Shown: positions 27,643 through 41,735, counted from the first letter of the stretch. The stretch: DNA of 64,000 nucleotides from Eledone cirrhosa (GCA_964016885.1 CAXHJY010001577.1:936-64935), one strand, 5' to 3'. Notes: generated by a model from the letters alone, not told the origin. Numbers and translations: made by a program.

Positions 27643-29925
27643 CTATTGGGGTGATAACCCGTTTAGTTTTGGTTTAAATTTGTTAAGGAATAGATTTTCT
27701 TTGTTTATTCTTTGTTGTTGTGTGAACGAATCTGAGCACTTGTAGAAGGGGAAGATTTTAAAGTTGGGTAGTGTCATTCCTGCGCAGTTCGCAATATGGC
27801 TGCTCAAGGGGATTTTTCTTGTGTTAGCGTCCCGGATTTGTTGGCGGTGGATGGTCATTCTTTTGCGTAATGAGGTGCCCGTCTGTCCTATGTAGTTGTG
27901 TTTGCACCCACCGCAAGTTATTGCGTAAATCAAGTTCTCCGAGTTGCAGGTGAAATTGTTTTTTACTGTAAATGTTTGGCCATCTTTGAATGTAAATGTT
28001 TGTCCTTCAGTGAGGTAGAGGCACGTTCCACAGTTTGTTCTACCACATTTGGTAACTGTAGGGTTGAGGATTGGTTTGGGTATATTTGGTCCAGTGAGAA
28101 TGCGTTTAAGTGATTTGGGTTGTCTTTTACTTTTAAGGATCTTGTGTGTTTCAAGAATAGACTTAATTTTTACATCTTTAAGTAGGATGGGGAGGTTTTT
28201 GTGTAGGTGATCAAACATTTCGGTATTTCTGGGGTTGAAAGTGGATACATATGGCAGGGTGTTGAGTGTGGTTTTCTGTTTTGGATTGTTAAGTTGATGG
28301 GGATTTAGGTGTTTTGCCCTGTCTATTCCATTGTTGATTATTTCAAGTGGAAAGGCTCTTAAGATAAGGGTGTCTTTTAGTTCCTTTAGTCTTTGCTCCC
28401 GTTTAGGTGGATCTGATACTATGGTACATATACGTTTGGCCAAATTGTAAGGAATGTTAAGTTTTGTATGTTTTGGGTGACTTGATGTGAAAAAGAGGTA
28501 TTGCTTGGAATCTGTGGGTTTATAGAATATATCTGTATCTAATTTCCCGTCTATTACAGAGATGAGAATATCCAAGAAGGCTAATTCCTTAGGATTGGAT
28601 TCCATTGTGAATTGTATGTTATTATCTATGTTGTTTATCATGTTTTTAAACGTAGTAAGTGAGTTCATGTCTTCTTGCCATAGGATAAAGCAGTCGTCTA
28701 GATATCTTTTCCAATTGGCTTTGAGGTGTGTGTGGAAAGAGTCTCCAAATAAGAGAAGGGACTGACTGTATATTTGTTGTTCATGGAATCCCATGACTAG
28801 GTTGGCATATGTGGGTGCTACTTTCGTGCCCATTGCCGTACCTGATACTTGTCTGTATGTTGAACCATTGAATGTGAAGTAGTTATTTTGTAGGATAAAG
28901 CGGAGTCCGTCAGTGATAAAATCTGTGTTGATGCGTGTCGGTATTTCTGATGGGTGTGTGTTAAGCCAGTATTGGACTGCTGTTATTCCATAGTTGTGAG
29001 GTATGTTTGTGTAGAGGTTTATTACGTCAAAGGAGACAAGAATTGTATTTGCACTTACTGTTTTAGGGAGGTGTTTCAGCATGTCAAGGTCATCTCGTAT
29101 GTAGCTCTGTATATGTTGTAGAAAGGGTTTCAGTAGGATGTCCAGAAAGTTGCTAAGTCTGTGGGTTTCACATGTAGGGCCTGCTATAATTGGCCTGAGT
29201 TTTAGGTCTTCTGGTGGTGTTAGTTCAATGTAATTGTTGGTTGAGGTGTCACATGCATCGTTTATGGGTTTACATTTGTGAAGTTTCGGTAAGCCATAAA
29301 AAGAGCTTGTATTGCATTTGAAGTGGCTTATATAGTTAAACTCTTTTGTGGTTAAGCTGTTGCGGTATTTATTCAGTAAGGTCAAAAGGTTCCCCATTGT
29401 TTTGGTGTGTTTGTAGTTTTCTGTTTTTTCATAGTATGTGTTGTTTTCTAAAATGTTAAGTGCGAGGGTCCTATAGTAGTCCGTATTCATAATCACAACA
29501 GTACTGCCTTTATCGACTTCTTTGATAGTTATCTCAGGGTTGTTTCTAAGTGTGAATAATTCTTCCCATTCGTGTGTAGATAGGTTTGATTTCGTGTGTT
29601 TATTTGTAATTTTTTCATAGGGAAAGTTGGTGATGTGTTCGCAGTACGTGTCCAGTGCTTTATTTCTTCCCTTTTGTGGGCAGAAATTGCTTTTATTTCT
29701 AACCAGTGATTCGTCTTCAGTGTTGGTGTCGTTGTGGAAGAATTCCGTTAGTCGCAGCTTTCGGCAGTATTCCATGATGTCATCCTTCATTTCGGGGAAG
29801 TTTGGTTTACGTGGTGTAGGTGTAAATTTCAGGCCCTTACTTAAAATGTTGATTTGTGTGTTGGTTAGAGGTGTCTTTGAGAGGTTGATTATTTTTGGTT
29901 TCTCCTGAGGGGGGGGGGGGGCCAT
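27643..29925 (-). CDS. PLE reverse transcriptase plus GIY-YIG endonuclease (760 aa, uninterrupted)
   Basis: [70 protein letters not shown]; CGRTNCGTC linker; LIYAITC..C...YIGQT. Confidence 0.96.
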   Translation of the reverse strand: MAPPPPQEKPKIINLSKTPLTNTQINILSKGLKFTPTPRKPNFPEMKDDIMEYCRKLRLTEFFHNDTNTEDESLVRNKSNFCPQKGRNKALDTYCEHITNFPYEKITNKHTKSNLSTHEWEELFTLRNNPEITIKEVDKGSTVVIMNTDYYRTLALNILENNTYYEKTENYKHTKTMGNLLTLLNKYRNSLTTKEFNYISHFKCNTSSFYGLPKLHKCKPINDACDTSTNNYIELTPPEDLKLRPIIAGPTCETHRLSNFLDILLKPFLQHIQSYIRDDLDMLKHLPKTVSANTILVSFDVINLYTNIPHNYGITAVQYWLNTHPSEIPTRINTDFITDGLRFILQNNYFTFNGSTYRQVSGTAMGTKVAPTYANLVMGFHEQQIYSQSLLLFGDSFHTHLKANWKRYLDDCFILWQEDMNSLTTFKNMINNIDNNIQFTMESNPKELAFLDILISVIDGKLDTDIFYKPTDSKQYLFFTSSHPKHTKLNIPYNLAKRICTIVSDPPKREQRLKELKDTLILRAFPLEIINNGIDRAKHLNPHQLNNPKQKTTLNTLPYVSTFNPRNTEMFDHLHKNLPILLKDVKIKSILETHKILKSKRQPKSLKRILTGPNIPKPILNPTVTKCGRTNCGTCLYLTEGQTFTFKDGQTFTVKNNFTCNSENLIYAITCGGCKHNYIGQTGTSLRKRMTIHRQQIRDANTRKIPLSSHIANCAGMTLPNFKIFPFYKCSDSFTQQQRINKENLFLNKFKPKLNGLSPQ

Positions 29926-31023
29926 CGAGTATCCTGGTATTTCAGGCTTTTCCCTAAAAAAGGAATGTAGTTTTGTGTGTGATTATATTTTGTTGGTCTG
30001 TTGCGTGTGGGTCTGTAGCTTGTTGTTTCATGAGGGTGAATGTGATGGTGGGGGTGGTATGTGTTGTGGTTGTTGATGAGCAAGGGTTCTGTTGTTGGTT
30101 CATGTGGTCTGGGTGCGTTATTTCTGTGGTACAGAGTGTTGAGGCTGGGGGGTTGTCTTTTGTTGGATTGAGGGTGATGTCTGGTGTGGTTGTGGGTAAG
30201 TTCTGTTGTGATTTCAAGTGGCCTGGGTGGATTTCTTCTGAGGAATGTGGTGTGTGTGTTGTGAGTTGGATCTATGTTATTTCGTCGTTGGTTTATGTAG
30301 GGGGCATTTCTACGGAAACCTGTGTTGTGGTGGTTGGGTGTGTTTCTTTTGGTGTAGTTGGCCGTATTTGGTTTGTGTTGGTGGGGGATGTGCCTGTGGT
30401 TAGTGTGTGTTGGGTTTGGTGGTGTAAATGTGTCTGTTGTAGTTCTTGTTATGTTCAAATGCTTTATAAAGGGGTTACCTGTTTGGTGCGTCCTTTTAAA
30501 GTCTTCTTCATATTTGAGGAACCAGTTTTCGGATTTTTCCCACCGTTTAAGGGAAATAGTTTCTGCATTCTCGCAGTCCTGTTTCCACGATTTGATTAAA
30601 TTTTGTAGGGTTGTTCCCTCGGCCTTTTTAGTGCATTCTTCCTCCATATTTTTATCAGTATCCTTATACACTTGCTCGTTTGAGGTGGCCCTTAATTTTA
30701 GGAGTTCTATTTCCATGTTTATACTGTTGAGTGACATTTGTTCACGGAGTTTTCTTTCTGGTTCAGGTTCGTTTGTAATATGCTTTATTTGGAATTTACG
30801 TGGTAAAACTATCGGTGTTGAGTTAATCCATTTTTGGTAAATTCCAGCTTTGTTGAGGTTTTTTATCATATTCCAGAAAGTGAATTTTCTGGTTTTTAGA
30901 TGTTTTTTCCAGAGGTGTCCCATTTGGTTTTTGATATGGAGCAATGTCGTTTGTTCTGTGTTGGTATTCATAAGTTTTTCGATGGAGTTGCATACGTTTT
31001 GAACGTTTAAATAAATTTGGTTG
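29889..31023 (-). CDS. PLE upstream ORF1 (helical region, then H/N/P/T/R-rich low-complexity tail), overlapping ORF2; first non-repeat Met at 30971
   Basis: Non-microsatellite part of the 641-aa ORF; LPRKFQ motif; ends ...PFLGKS... Confidence 0.75.
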
Positions 31024-31852
<829 letters not shown>

Positions 31853-32187
31853 TATGAAGAGAGAAGAAACATTTAGTTATAATTAGTAATAAAATGTATC
31901 ATACCTAAACTGCTCCTAGATTCCTCGACTACGTAGTTTTGTGGCATAAACAAAAACAATACATCATAAAGATATAGAGCTTTTGCGAGGTCTGCCACCT
32001 TATCATGAGGATACCTCGTTTTACTAGCTTCAAGAACGCGTCTATATGCTGTGAGAAAGAATCCCAAAATGCGGAGGGGGAGATAGTCACGTGAAACAAC
32101 GGTCGAAAAACGCGATCAACATTCATGAGTATGTGTGTGTACGCATGTATCTGAGTGTTTCTAAATATATTGTATATATATATATAC

Positions 32188-32219
<32 letters not shown>

Positions 32220-32253
32220 TTATATATACATATATATACATATAAATATATAC

Positions 32254-32326
<73 letters not shown>

Positions 32327-32426
32327 TATACATATATATATATATATATACATATATATACATATTTATATATACATATTTATATATATATATATACATA
32401 TATATACATATTTATATATACATATT

Positions 32427-32457
<31 letters not shown>

Positions 32458-32501
32458 TTATATGTACATATTTATATATATATATACATATATATATATA
32501 C

Positions 32502-32534
<33 letters not shown>

Positions 32535-32622
32535 CATATATATATACATATATATTTATATATACATATATATTTATATATACATATATATATTTATATA
32601 TACATATATATTTATATATACA

Positions 32623-32703
<81 letters not shown>

Positions 32704-32710
32704 TTATACA

Positions 32711-32837
<127 letters not shown>

Positions 32838-33178
32838 CAACAACTATATCAACAACTATATCAACAACTATAGAATATATGTATATATATATATATACAT
32901 ATATATACATATTTATAGAATATATGTATATATATATATATACATATATATACATATTTATATACATATTTCCTCTCCCAATCAGCATAATCAACCACAC
33001 AAAAAACCAATTAAACCACGCTATAGGATTAAAAGACACCTATGAAGAAATAATAGATAAATAAACGACAGCTATCTATTCGCGATCAACAACTATAGAA
33101 TATTTACCCAGTATTTCTAATAGCACGTGGAAATCAATTAAATATATCGTCAACCATACACATATATATATATATATA

Positions 33179-34730
33179 TGAATATAGACATAGAATATTC
33201 GAAAATATTCTGTATGTTTATAATAAACATTTTGAAGACCTAATCGCTATAGAATAGAATACGTCACGTATTACAATTAGATTCTCGATAAAAGCAAGGG
33301 AAGTAATCTACGCGTTTCATTCTCGTTAGAAATCATCAGGACTACATATCCAGTGCTTTTATCGAGAATGACACAGCTAGAGACTTATAGAATACTTAGC
33401 TGTGTACAGGAACTGGTTTGAAAGAGCGGTTGCCGGTCCGGCAGAAATTAGAAATTGGAATAAATGCTCTGAAATAGCGATATATATGTGAATATAGACA
33501 TAGAATATTCGAAAATATTCTGTATGTTTATAATAAACATTTTGAAGACCTAATCGCTATAGAATAGAATACGTCACGTATTACAATTAGATTCTCGATA
33601 AAAGCAAGGGAAGTAATCTACGCGTTTCATTCTCGTTAGAAATCATCAGGACTACATATCCAGTGCTTTTATCGAGAATGACACAGCTAGAGACTTATAG
33701 AATACTTAGCTGTGTACAGGAACTGGTTTGAAAGAGCGGTTGCCGGTCCGGCAGAAATTAGAAATTGGAATAAATGCTCTGAAATAGCGATATATATGTG
33801 AATATAGACATAGAATATTCGAAAATATTCTGTATGTTTATAATAAACATTTTGAAGACCTAATCGCTATAGAATAGAATACGTCACGTATTACAATTAG
33901 ATTCTCGATAAAAGCAAGGGAAGTAATCTACGCGTTTCATTCTCGTTAGAAATCATCAGGACTACATATCCAGTGCTTTTATCGAGAATGACACAGCTAG
34001 AGACTTATAGAATACTTAGCTGTGTACATGAACTGGTTTGAAAGAGCGGTTGCCGGTCCGGCAGAAATTAGAAATTGGAATAAATGCTCTGAAATAGCGA
34101 TATATATGTGAATATAGACATAGAATATTCGAAAATATTCTGTATGTTTATAATAAACATTTTGAAGACCTAATCGCTATAGAATAGAATACGTCACGTA
34201 TTACAATTAGATTCTCGATAAAAGCAAGGGAAGTAATCTACGCGTTTCATTCTCGTTAGAAATCATCAGGACTACATATCCAGTGCTTTTATCGAGAATG
34301 ACACAGCTAGAGACTTATAGAATACTTAGCTGTGTACAGGAACTGGTTTGAAAGAGCGGTTGCCGGTCCGGCAGAAATTAGAAATTGGAATAAATGCTCT
34401 GAAATAGCGATATATATGTGAATATAGACATAGAATATTCGAAAATATTCTGTATGTTTATAATAAACATTTTGAAGACCTAATCGCTATAGAATAGAAT
34501 ACGTCACGTATTACAATTAGATTCTCGATAAAAGCAAGGGAAGTAATCTACGCGTTTCATTCTCGTTAGAAATCATCAGGACTACATATCCAGTGCTTTT
34601 ATCGAGAATGACACAGCTAGAGACTTATAGAATACTTAGCTGTGTACAGGAACTGGTTTGAAAGAGCGGTTGCCGGTCCGGCAGAAATTAGAAATTGGAA
34701 TAAATGCTCTGAAATAGCGATATATATGTG
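33179..34730 (-). repeat. Family H 310-bp HHR tandem array, 5 copies; HHRs at 33303-33345 and every +310
   Basis: AATATAGACA at 33181, 33491, 33801, 34111 and 34421; one substitution seen (34029). Confidence 0.98.
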
Positions 34731-35789
34731 AATACGTGACGTATTCTATTCTATAGCGATTAGGTCTTCAAAATGTTTATTATAAACATACAGAATATTT
34801 TCGAATATTCTATGTCTATATTCACATATATATCGCTATTTCAGAGCATTTATTCCAATTTCTAATTTCTGCCGGACCGGCAACCGCTCTTTCAAACCAG
34901 TTCCTGTACACAGCTAAGTATTCTATAAGTCTCTAGCTGTGTCATTCTCGATAAAAGCACTGGATATGTAGTCCTGATGATTTCTAACGAGAATGAAACG
35001 CGTAGATTACTTCCCTTGCTTTTATCGAGAATCTAATTGTAATACGTGACGTATTCTATTCTATAGCGATTAGGTCTTCAAAATGTTTATTATAAACATA
35101 CAGAATATTTTCGAATATTCTATGTCTATATTCACATATATATCGCTATTTCAGAGCATTTATTCCAATTTCTAATTTCTGCCGGACCGGCAACCGCTCT
35201 TTCAAACCAGTTCCTGTACACAGCTAAGTATTCTATAAGTCTCTAGCTGTGTCATTCTCGATAAAAGCACTGGATATGTAGTCCTGATGATTTCTAACGA
35301 GAATGAAACGCGTAGATTACTTCCCTTGCTTTTATCGAGAATCTAATTGTAATACGTGACGTATTCTATTCTATAGCGATTAGGTCTTCAAAATGTTTAT
35401 TATAAACATACAGAATATTTTCGAATATTCTATGTCTATATTCACATATATATCGCTATTTCAGAGCATTTATTCCAATTTCTAATTTCTGCCGGACCGG
35501 CAACCGCTCTTTCAAACCAGTTCCTGTACACAGCTAAGTATTCTATAAGTCTCTAGCTGTGTCATTCTCGATAAAAGCACTGGATATGTAGTCCTGATGA
35601 TTTCTAACGAGAATGAAACGCGTAGATTACTTCCCTTGCTTTTATCGAGAATCTAATTGTAATACGTGACGTATTCTATTCTATAGCGATTAGGTCTTCA
35701 AAATGTTTATTATAAACATACAGAATATTTTCGAATATTCTATGTCTATATTCACATATATATCGCTATTTCAGAGCATTTATTCCAAT
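34731..35789 (+). repeat. Family H 310-bp array, sense, ~3.4 copies
   Basis: AATACGTGAC at 34731, 35041, 35351 and 35661; reverse complement of the preceding array. Confidence 0.98.
34968..35010 (+). ncRNA. Minimal type I hammerhead, family H (also 35278-35320, 35588-35630)
   Basis: GTAGTC-CTGATGA-TTTCTAACGAGAAT-GAAA-CGCG-TA-GATTAC; palindromic ACGCGT stem III; GUA triplet. Confidence 0.9.
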
Positions 35790-35837
35790 ATATATATATA
35801 TATTTATACTTACACATACATACGAACTACCGACCAA

Positions 35838-36025
35838 ATAATTGTTTCTACTTTTGGCACAAGGCCAACAATTATTCCAGTGCATTACTGGTGCTTTATT
35901 TTATCGACCCCATAAGGATGAAAGGCAAAGTTAACCTCGGCGGGATATGAACTCAGAACGAAAACACAGGTAACCCTATGCTGTAAAACAGGACATCCGA
36001 CTCTCTATCGATACTGCCACTATCC
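35838..36025 (-). mobile_element. SINE (OK-like)
   Basis: Reverse complement of the 18277 family. Confidence 0.8.
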
Positions 36026-36088
36026 AAATAATGTTTGGTATCAATGGGTTAAAGACATCTCTCAAAACAATTAGTGGTGAAGGAGGAT

Positions 36089-36135
<47 letters not shown>

Positions 36136-36159
36136 AACGATCGACGTTCGTCAAATCGG

Positions 36160-36348
36160 ACCGAGGGAACAATGTTTCCGTTGGTCTTTCCAATTGCTAA
36201 TACTATCTATCGGTCGCAACTCCAGGTAGAAGGAGCAACGTGAAATAAAGTGTCTTGCTCAAGGACATAACGCGTCGCCTGGTCCAGGAATCGAACTCAC
36301 AACCTTACGATTGCGAATCCAATTCTCTAACCACTCAGCCACACGCCT

Positions 36349-36350
<2 letters not shown>
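36160..36350 (-). mobile_element. tRNA-derived SINE, second family
   Basis: Minus strand A box TGGCTGAGTGG, B box GTTCGATTCC, then GTCCTTGAGCAAGACACTT. Confidence 0.8.
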
Positions 36351-36393
<43 letters not shown>

Positions 36394-36870
36394 ACACACA
36401 CACACACACATACACATATATATGTTGAATGGATGCCTCCATAAGCGGTATGCCGCTTGAGCACTCTATGCTCTAGCAGAGAATAATAATACAGAGTATA
36501 ATAAAACGAAGAAACAGTCATGCATCGGAACACAATTTATTAATGTACTAGCAGTTTAGTCCGGCGTTGCTCGGGTTTGTTCATTTGCTATGAAAAGTTA
36601 CATACAGGTAAGCGTAGCTTGAAAGCGCATAAGCTTATCAATTAAGTGCATAAAGCAGTTGAACCGGTTATTAATAGTTACGAACCAATTAGCATTTTGG
36701 ACAATCAATGATAGGTTAATAATCTTCCAATAGCGAATTTAGTAGACCAAAGTTGCAAGATGGTGGCCCTCATGCCGCTGGATGTCAGATCTGTCCACTA
36801 TGGGTAACCCTACCAGTTTTACAGACGACCTAGCTCCAACATCTATAGCATTTTTAGACGATATTGCGTA

Positions 36871-39420
36871 TCATCCCTTGAGGAGTGTAAGCAAAAATCC
36901 ATTCCTGCTCCCTGCGTGGGAACAGGCAACATAAAGTTGGCCATGGGAGAAGCATGGCTCCCCCAAATGGATGCCCGCCACCGACAATGTTTGCCCTTGT
37001 GATTTGTTAATGGACATGGCAAAACATGGTCTCACCGGGAATTGGGATCGCCGGAAATCGAACTGGATATCTGACGCCGAGGGGAAAAAGTTCATACTTG
37101 GAATGAAAACATTCTCCCCTCCCGCGTACCCCGTTACAACGGTGGCCTCAATCAAGTGGGGCGTCAGTGACTTGACGACCATGCGAGTACCGTTGCACTG
37201 CTTTGGTGGACGCAAGTTCCTTATTAGAATAATGGGACAGCCAACCCTAAGCTTAAGAATGTGAGGTGGGAGCCCTGGGGGCTCAAGGGAATTTAATAAC
37301 TTAACCGGATAATTAACGATATCGTCGAGGTCTGACGTCCGGTAGATACATTTGAAGATGTGTTCTTTACCGGGAAACTTCTCAATCAACTGCTCCTTAA
37401 TAAAATTAACCATGGTATTTTTCGGAGCAAGGATGTCTCTTTGGCTGAGCCAATCGAGGTTTTTAAATTTAGATGAGACATTAGGAAAAAACTGCTTCCC
37501 AAAGGTCAGAAGGGCTGCTCACAATGTTGCACAAGGAGTCGATTGCTATGCATCCGCAGGGACCTTGCCCTCACCAAGTGCTAAAATATTCTGAGCAAAT
37601 GCTGCAGACATGTTGTGACCATGCAAATGAGCACGCATATTTGTGCTCAGGTACAAACTCTTCACCTAGAGCCACAACATGCACGGCTTAAGGCAGGCAT
37701 GCACTTCATCCGCTCTTGTCCCTTTGGGTAAGACCGGCAGCGTTTGCCGAAAATCCCCTGATAGCAGAAGGGTTACGCCACCCATAGGAGCCGTAGAATC
37801 CCTAATGTCTTTCAGGGTCCTGTCCAAAGCCTCAAGGGCACCCTTGTGTGCCATTGTGCACTCATCCCAAACAATGAGACAACATTTTTTGAGAACCAGA
37901 GCTTCGTGTGAACTCTTGCTGATATTGCATGTTGGTGTCTCAGTTTTTACTAAATCCAAGAGGTGTTTAAAGGTTGAATGTGATGTCCTGCCTCCCGGCA
38001 ACAAAGTAGCAGCGATCCCGTACGATGCAACGGTCAACGCAATTTTTTTCTCCTGTCGAATCTTAGTGAGAATCCATTTCGTTACAAAAGTTTTTCCGGT
38101 ACCCCCAGATTTTGAAATCTGATTTTGAACCGCGTCAATGATAGTTAAATAGGCCAACCTTTGGTCCGACAGAAGTTTCGGCTCATTTTCCTCTAAGTAT
38201 TGGGGAAGAGATTCGATGTCATATGCTGTTTCCCGCAACAAATCCGGGGCCAACGTGTTAGCTTCCTCTCTGACGGTTGACGGCAAGCCCTACGTCGCCA
38301 ACTCACTCCCACCCATGTCGAGGAGAGCGTCCTCGATATCAATGAGTGCCCTGTTGTAGATAATGTCGCTGTAACCAACTTCCACTGAAGTATACTGCAG
38401 ATGAGCCAGGCGCAGGAAGTCCTCAGACATGAAGTCTCTGTACTTGACCCATAAAGATTTGGGATCACCCAATTCACATTTTTGAAGCAAAATGGCAAAG
38501 AGTTCCCGAAGACCTTTAGGTGATTTCAACAGAGCACCCTCTGCTAAAGTGGAATCCCATTGCGAACCAAAAGACCACGCTTAAAGCAGGCTTCCCGGTA
38601 CGTATCACATATTTCTCCATCAACAATTTTGAGGTCCTGAAAACTTTGTGGGCCTACAACTTCATGCAGAAGAAGGCGGAGATGAAAGCAGTCATGCTGA
38701 CTTGGGGGCACAGTGTAAACCCTTCCAAGACAGCTGTCAAATTTTACACCAGGATGTCTTTCAGCAGCCTTACCTGACTTTCTTCGCACCCGAATGTTTT
38801 TCGACCATATAAAGTAGGATGGAACCTGGGAGTACACAATTGTTTGCGCAAATGTATCGAACTGGCAAAGTTTGAAGAAACCCGTCAGAGTGGTCTCTTT
38901 CGCATCCGCGGCCAACTTGACGGCGGTTTGGTCCGTAAAGTAAACCCTTTGCCCATTTTCCAAATGTACCGCAAGCTGTACGATGGCGGGGTGACGTTGT
39001 TGTAGGGGTAAACCAAATAGTCGCCAAAAAGCTTCATTGCTACTGATGTACCTCCCCGCCATGTAATCTGTGATCTCGTCCCTGCTATTTTCAGTTTGAA
39101 ATGAGAACATTGCGGCATCAGAGCCCTTATTTACATATTTGCATATTTATTTTATCGACTTGACCGAGATGCAAAACTCAACGTTGATGTGGGCGTTGAA
39201 CATCTTCAAGAGAAGCGGGCAATAAGGGACCACCCATCTATTGTCGACTTGACCTCCCCTTACTGTTGTGGTGAAGCCACCGTTCTCGGGCCGTCTCCGC
39301 CTGTACAGGGGGTACCCGTCCCCACCAGTCTGAGTCTGGTCAACAAATTTTTTTGGGTATCCCTTACCGCAATGACATTAAATTTGGTAACGGATTAATT
39401 CAGACCTGCCAACCTCTAAA
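36871..39420 (-). pseudogene. Helitron Rep/PIF1-like helicase, broken by frameshifts and stops
   Basis: GYPLYRRR, VDNRWVVPY, HINVE, KYVNKGSD, RYISSNEAFWR, GGTGKTF, GGRTSHS, WDECTM, GDFRQTLPV, QFPVRPCFAMSINKSQGQT, HGQLYVACS. Confidence 0.93.
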
Positions 39421-40084
39421 AATCCAAACAGGGAGTACCATGAAAAAAAGGGCCCCAAAACGGGGAGAAATGAGGCAAAATGGGGAGATTTTACATAATG
39501 AAAGTTATACCCATTTTCACAAGAGAAGTCATTTATCATTCACCCCAGAGTGGGTAGGAGATCTCCCCGTCGGACGGGGAGAGTTGACAGGTCTGTTTAT
39601 TACACCACCAAACAACGGGTACAATTCATCAAACAGGCTTCCACACAGTACTTTCTACCTAATTTTACTCACATTTTCCTAAGGCCATGCCTGAGCTCAA
39701 TTATTGAATGCTATCTTCAACTTTTGAAGTTTTGGTCAATCTCTAGTGAGAATGTTATGCGTCTAGAAACCCAAAAATCTTTGCCATAAATTTTAATCAG
39801 TAGATTTCAGATTGATCTCCGACAAATCTATAACTAATATTTTAAGTAATACTATATAAACGAACTATGTATAAACTTGTATAAGAAAGTGTTGTTGATT
39901 TCATGCATCGATATACATTCCCCAATTTATAATGAAAGAGAAAGGAAACATATGAGTGTGGGTTGAACAGTTCATAGGAAGACTATGAAGGAATAATACT
40001 AGGGCTGTGACATTTTACATATATCAATTTCAACTCATCTTATCAATAACTGCATTGTTTTTTTCAGGTAGACTGACATCTGAC

Positions 40085-40258
40085 TACATTAGGGGATGAC
40101 GCTCCAGCTTTATCAACGGGGCAAAAGTGGGCAGTTGAATTTAGGAGGGGAAGGGAGAGTCTTGAAGATGACCCAGGTCTGGACGTCCTGCAGTTGCCAT
40201 CTCCGAAGAAAACATTCATCGTGTTCATAATATGGATGATAGGCGATTGACTATAAAG
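40085..40258 (+). pseudogene. Mariner transposase N-terminal fragment inside the Helitron
   Basis: Manual translation LGDDAPALST..KWAVEFRRGRESLEDDP/SGRP...MDDRRLTI. Confidence 0.75.
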
Positions 40259-41685
40259 CTAAGAGACTATAGGGATGTGTGTGAAACAGTGTTGTCATAT
40301 AGAGAGTGAAGAGCGACAGAGAGAGTAAAGCAGTTAAATTATAGAGAGGGGGAATGCTCATGATTGCTGTTTTCCCTTATTGTTGATAGATTTGAAATAT
40401 TTTGTTTCATGACCTTCTCCTGACCAAAAGCAATAATTGTCCCGACTTTGAATAGAATCCCGTGAAAAAAGTTTTCTCATTAATTTTTTGTCTCATATTG
40501 AGAAAAACAAAGAAAGAAAATTACAAAAAGGACAACAATAAAATATAATGTCTTTGCTGAGAATCATGTAAATAAATGCTTAAGCGTCGTTATTGTTACG
40601 TTTGTTGTTTTATAAATTCATCTGTTGCTTTTGAATATTTGTTATTTGATGTAAATGTAAGTGTGTAAAATGTAACGTAGAGAGTGCAGTATGTATTTAG
40701 TGTTATCGGCTTTTTTAAATTTTGATATTTGATGTGTGAGTGTCGCTTAGTTATCAAAGTTTTTTTCGCGTTCCCGAACGAAGAGGGGGAATGATCTATT
40801 ATATAGAGAGAGAACAGCGACGGAGAGAGTGAAGCTAGTGTTAAACATCGAAGCATGAAGAGAGTAAAGCAGTTAAATTATAGAAAGGGGGAATAATCTA
40901 TTGTAGAGAGAGGGAAGAGCGACGGAGAGAGTAAAGCTATGGTTGTTGTATAAATCGATGTGTTGCTTAGGTTTCAAAGTTTGTGTCGCGTCCCTTCAAC
41001 AGAAGTTTTGTCTTTGTTCTAAACTGTAGGGTAGTAGACGGAGGCAGTAACCTTTTAAAGATAGTTGCAGAGGAGATAGGAGAGTGGAGTAGAGGAAAGG
41101 ATGAACCTTTTAAAGAGAGTTGCAACATGTATGTAGTTTCATATATTTTTGATGGTAGTAGTGAGAGGAATGAAGCGTATAAGAGAGAGGGTTACAGCAT
41201 ATATTTAGTTTTATCGATTTATTTTTTATAGAAGCAGGAAACTTTTGGCAAAAATAATTACGCGTTGACCTGCCCTAGTAAATTTGGAGCATATTGGGAA
41301 AAATCATCAAAATCGGTAGAGAAATGTGGAAATACATAAAAATCATACACACACACAGACAGACATCTACCGTTTTATATATATAGAGATTACAATTGAG
41401 ATGATTTGCTTCGAAGTCACTAGACGTATCTGAGGAACTTGCCAACCCAGAGTCAGGTTCGATCCACAAATAGATCGCACCTCGAGCTGTTCGCCGGAGA
41501 AACAATTTGTGTTCCGATGCATCACTGATTCTTCGTTTTCCCTATTATATATACATATATATATATATAGGAACAAGTAAGACCCCGTCGGGGTCTTACT
41601 TGTTCCTATTACCCACTCTACTACCCTAAGTATTGAGTACTTTGGTGCGTTATGGTCCACCTGGTTCCTTACCACATTTCCTTCG

Positions 41686-41735
<50 letters not shown>

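Larger units (their letters stand above)
26230..31023 (-). mobile_element. Penelope-like retroelement (Neptune-like), near full length, flanked by (TA)n
   Basis: ORF1 plus RT/GIY-YIG ORF2, microsatellite-containing 3' region and HHR; the 3' boundary is inferred. Confidence 0.85.
36548..41389 (-). mobile_element. Helitron with both termini
   Basis: 5' A|TCTCTATATATATAAAA at 41389; 3' hairpin CCCGAGCAACGCCGG then CTAG|T at 36548. Confidence 0.88.

Noticed and set aside
29973-30840. Plus-strand Val/Cys-rich ORFs of 208 and 160 aa
   Set aside because: Antisense shadows of the A/C-rich PLE ORF1
33179-35789. CRISPR-like regular array
   Set aside because: Whole units are identical with no unique spacers, no cas genes, eukaryotic context
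36270-36350. tRNA gene
   Set aside because: A and B boxes run into a SINE body; no complete acceptor stem
39420-39800. Upstream Helitron Rep motifs
   Set aside because: Sequence too degraded or noisy to read HUH motifs
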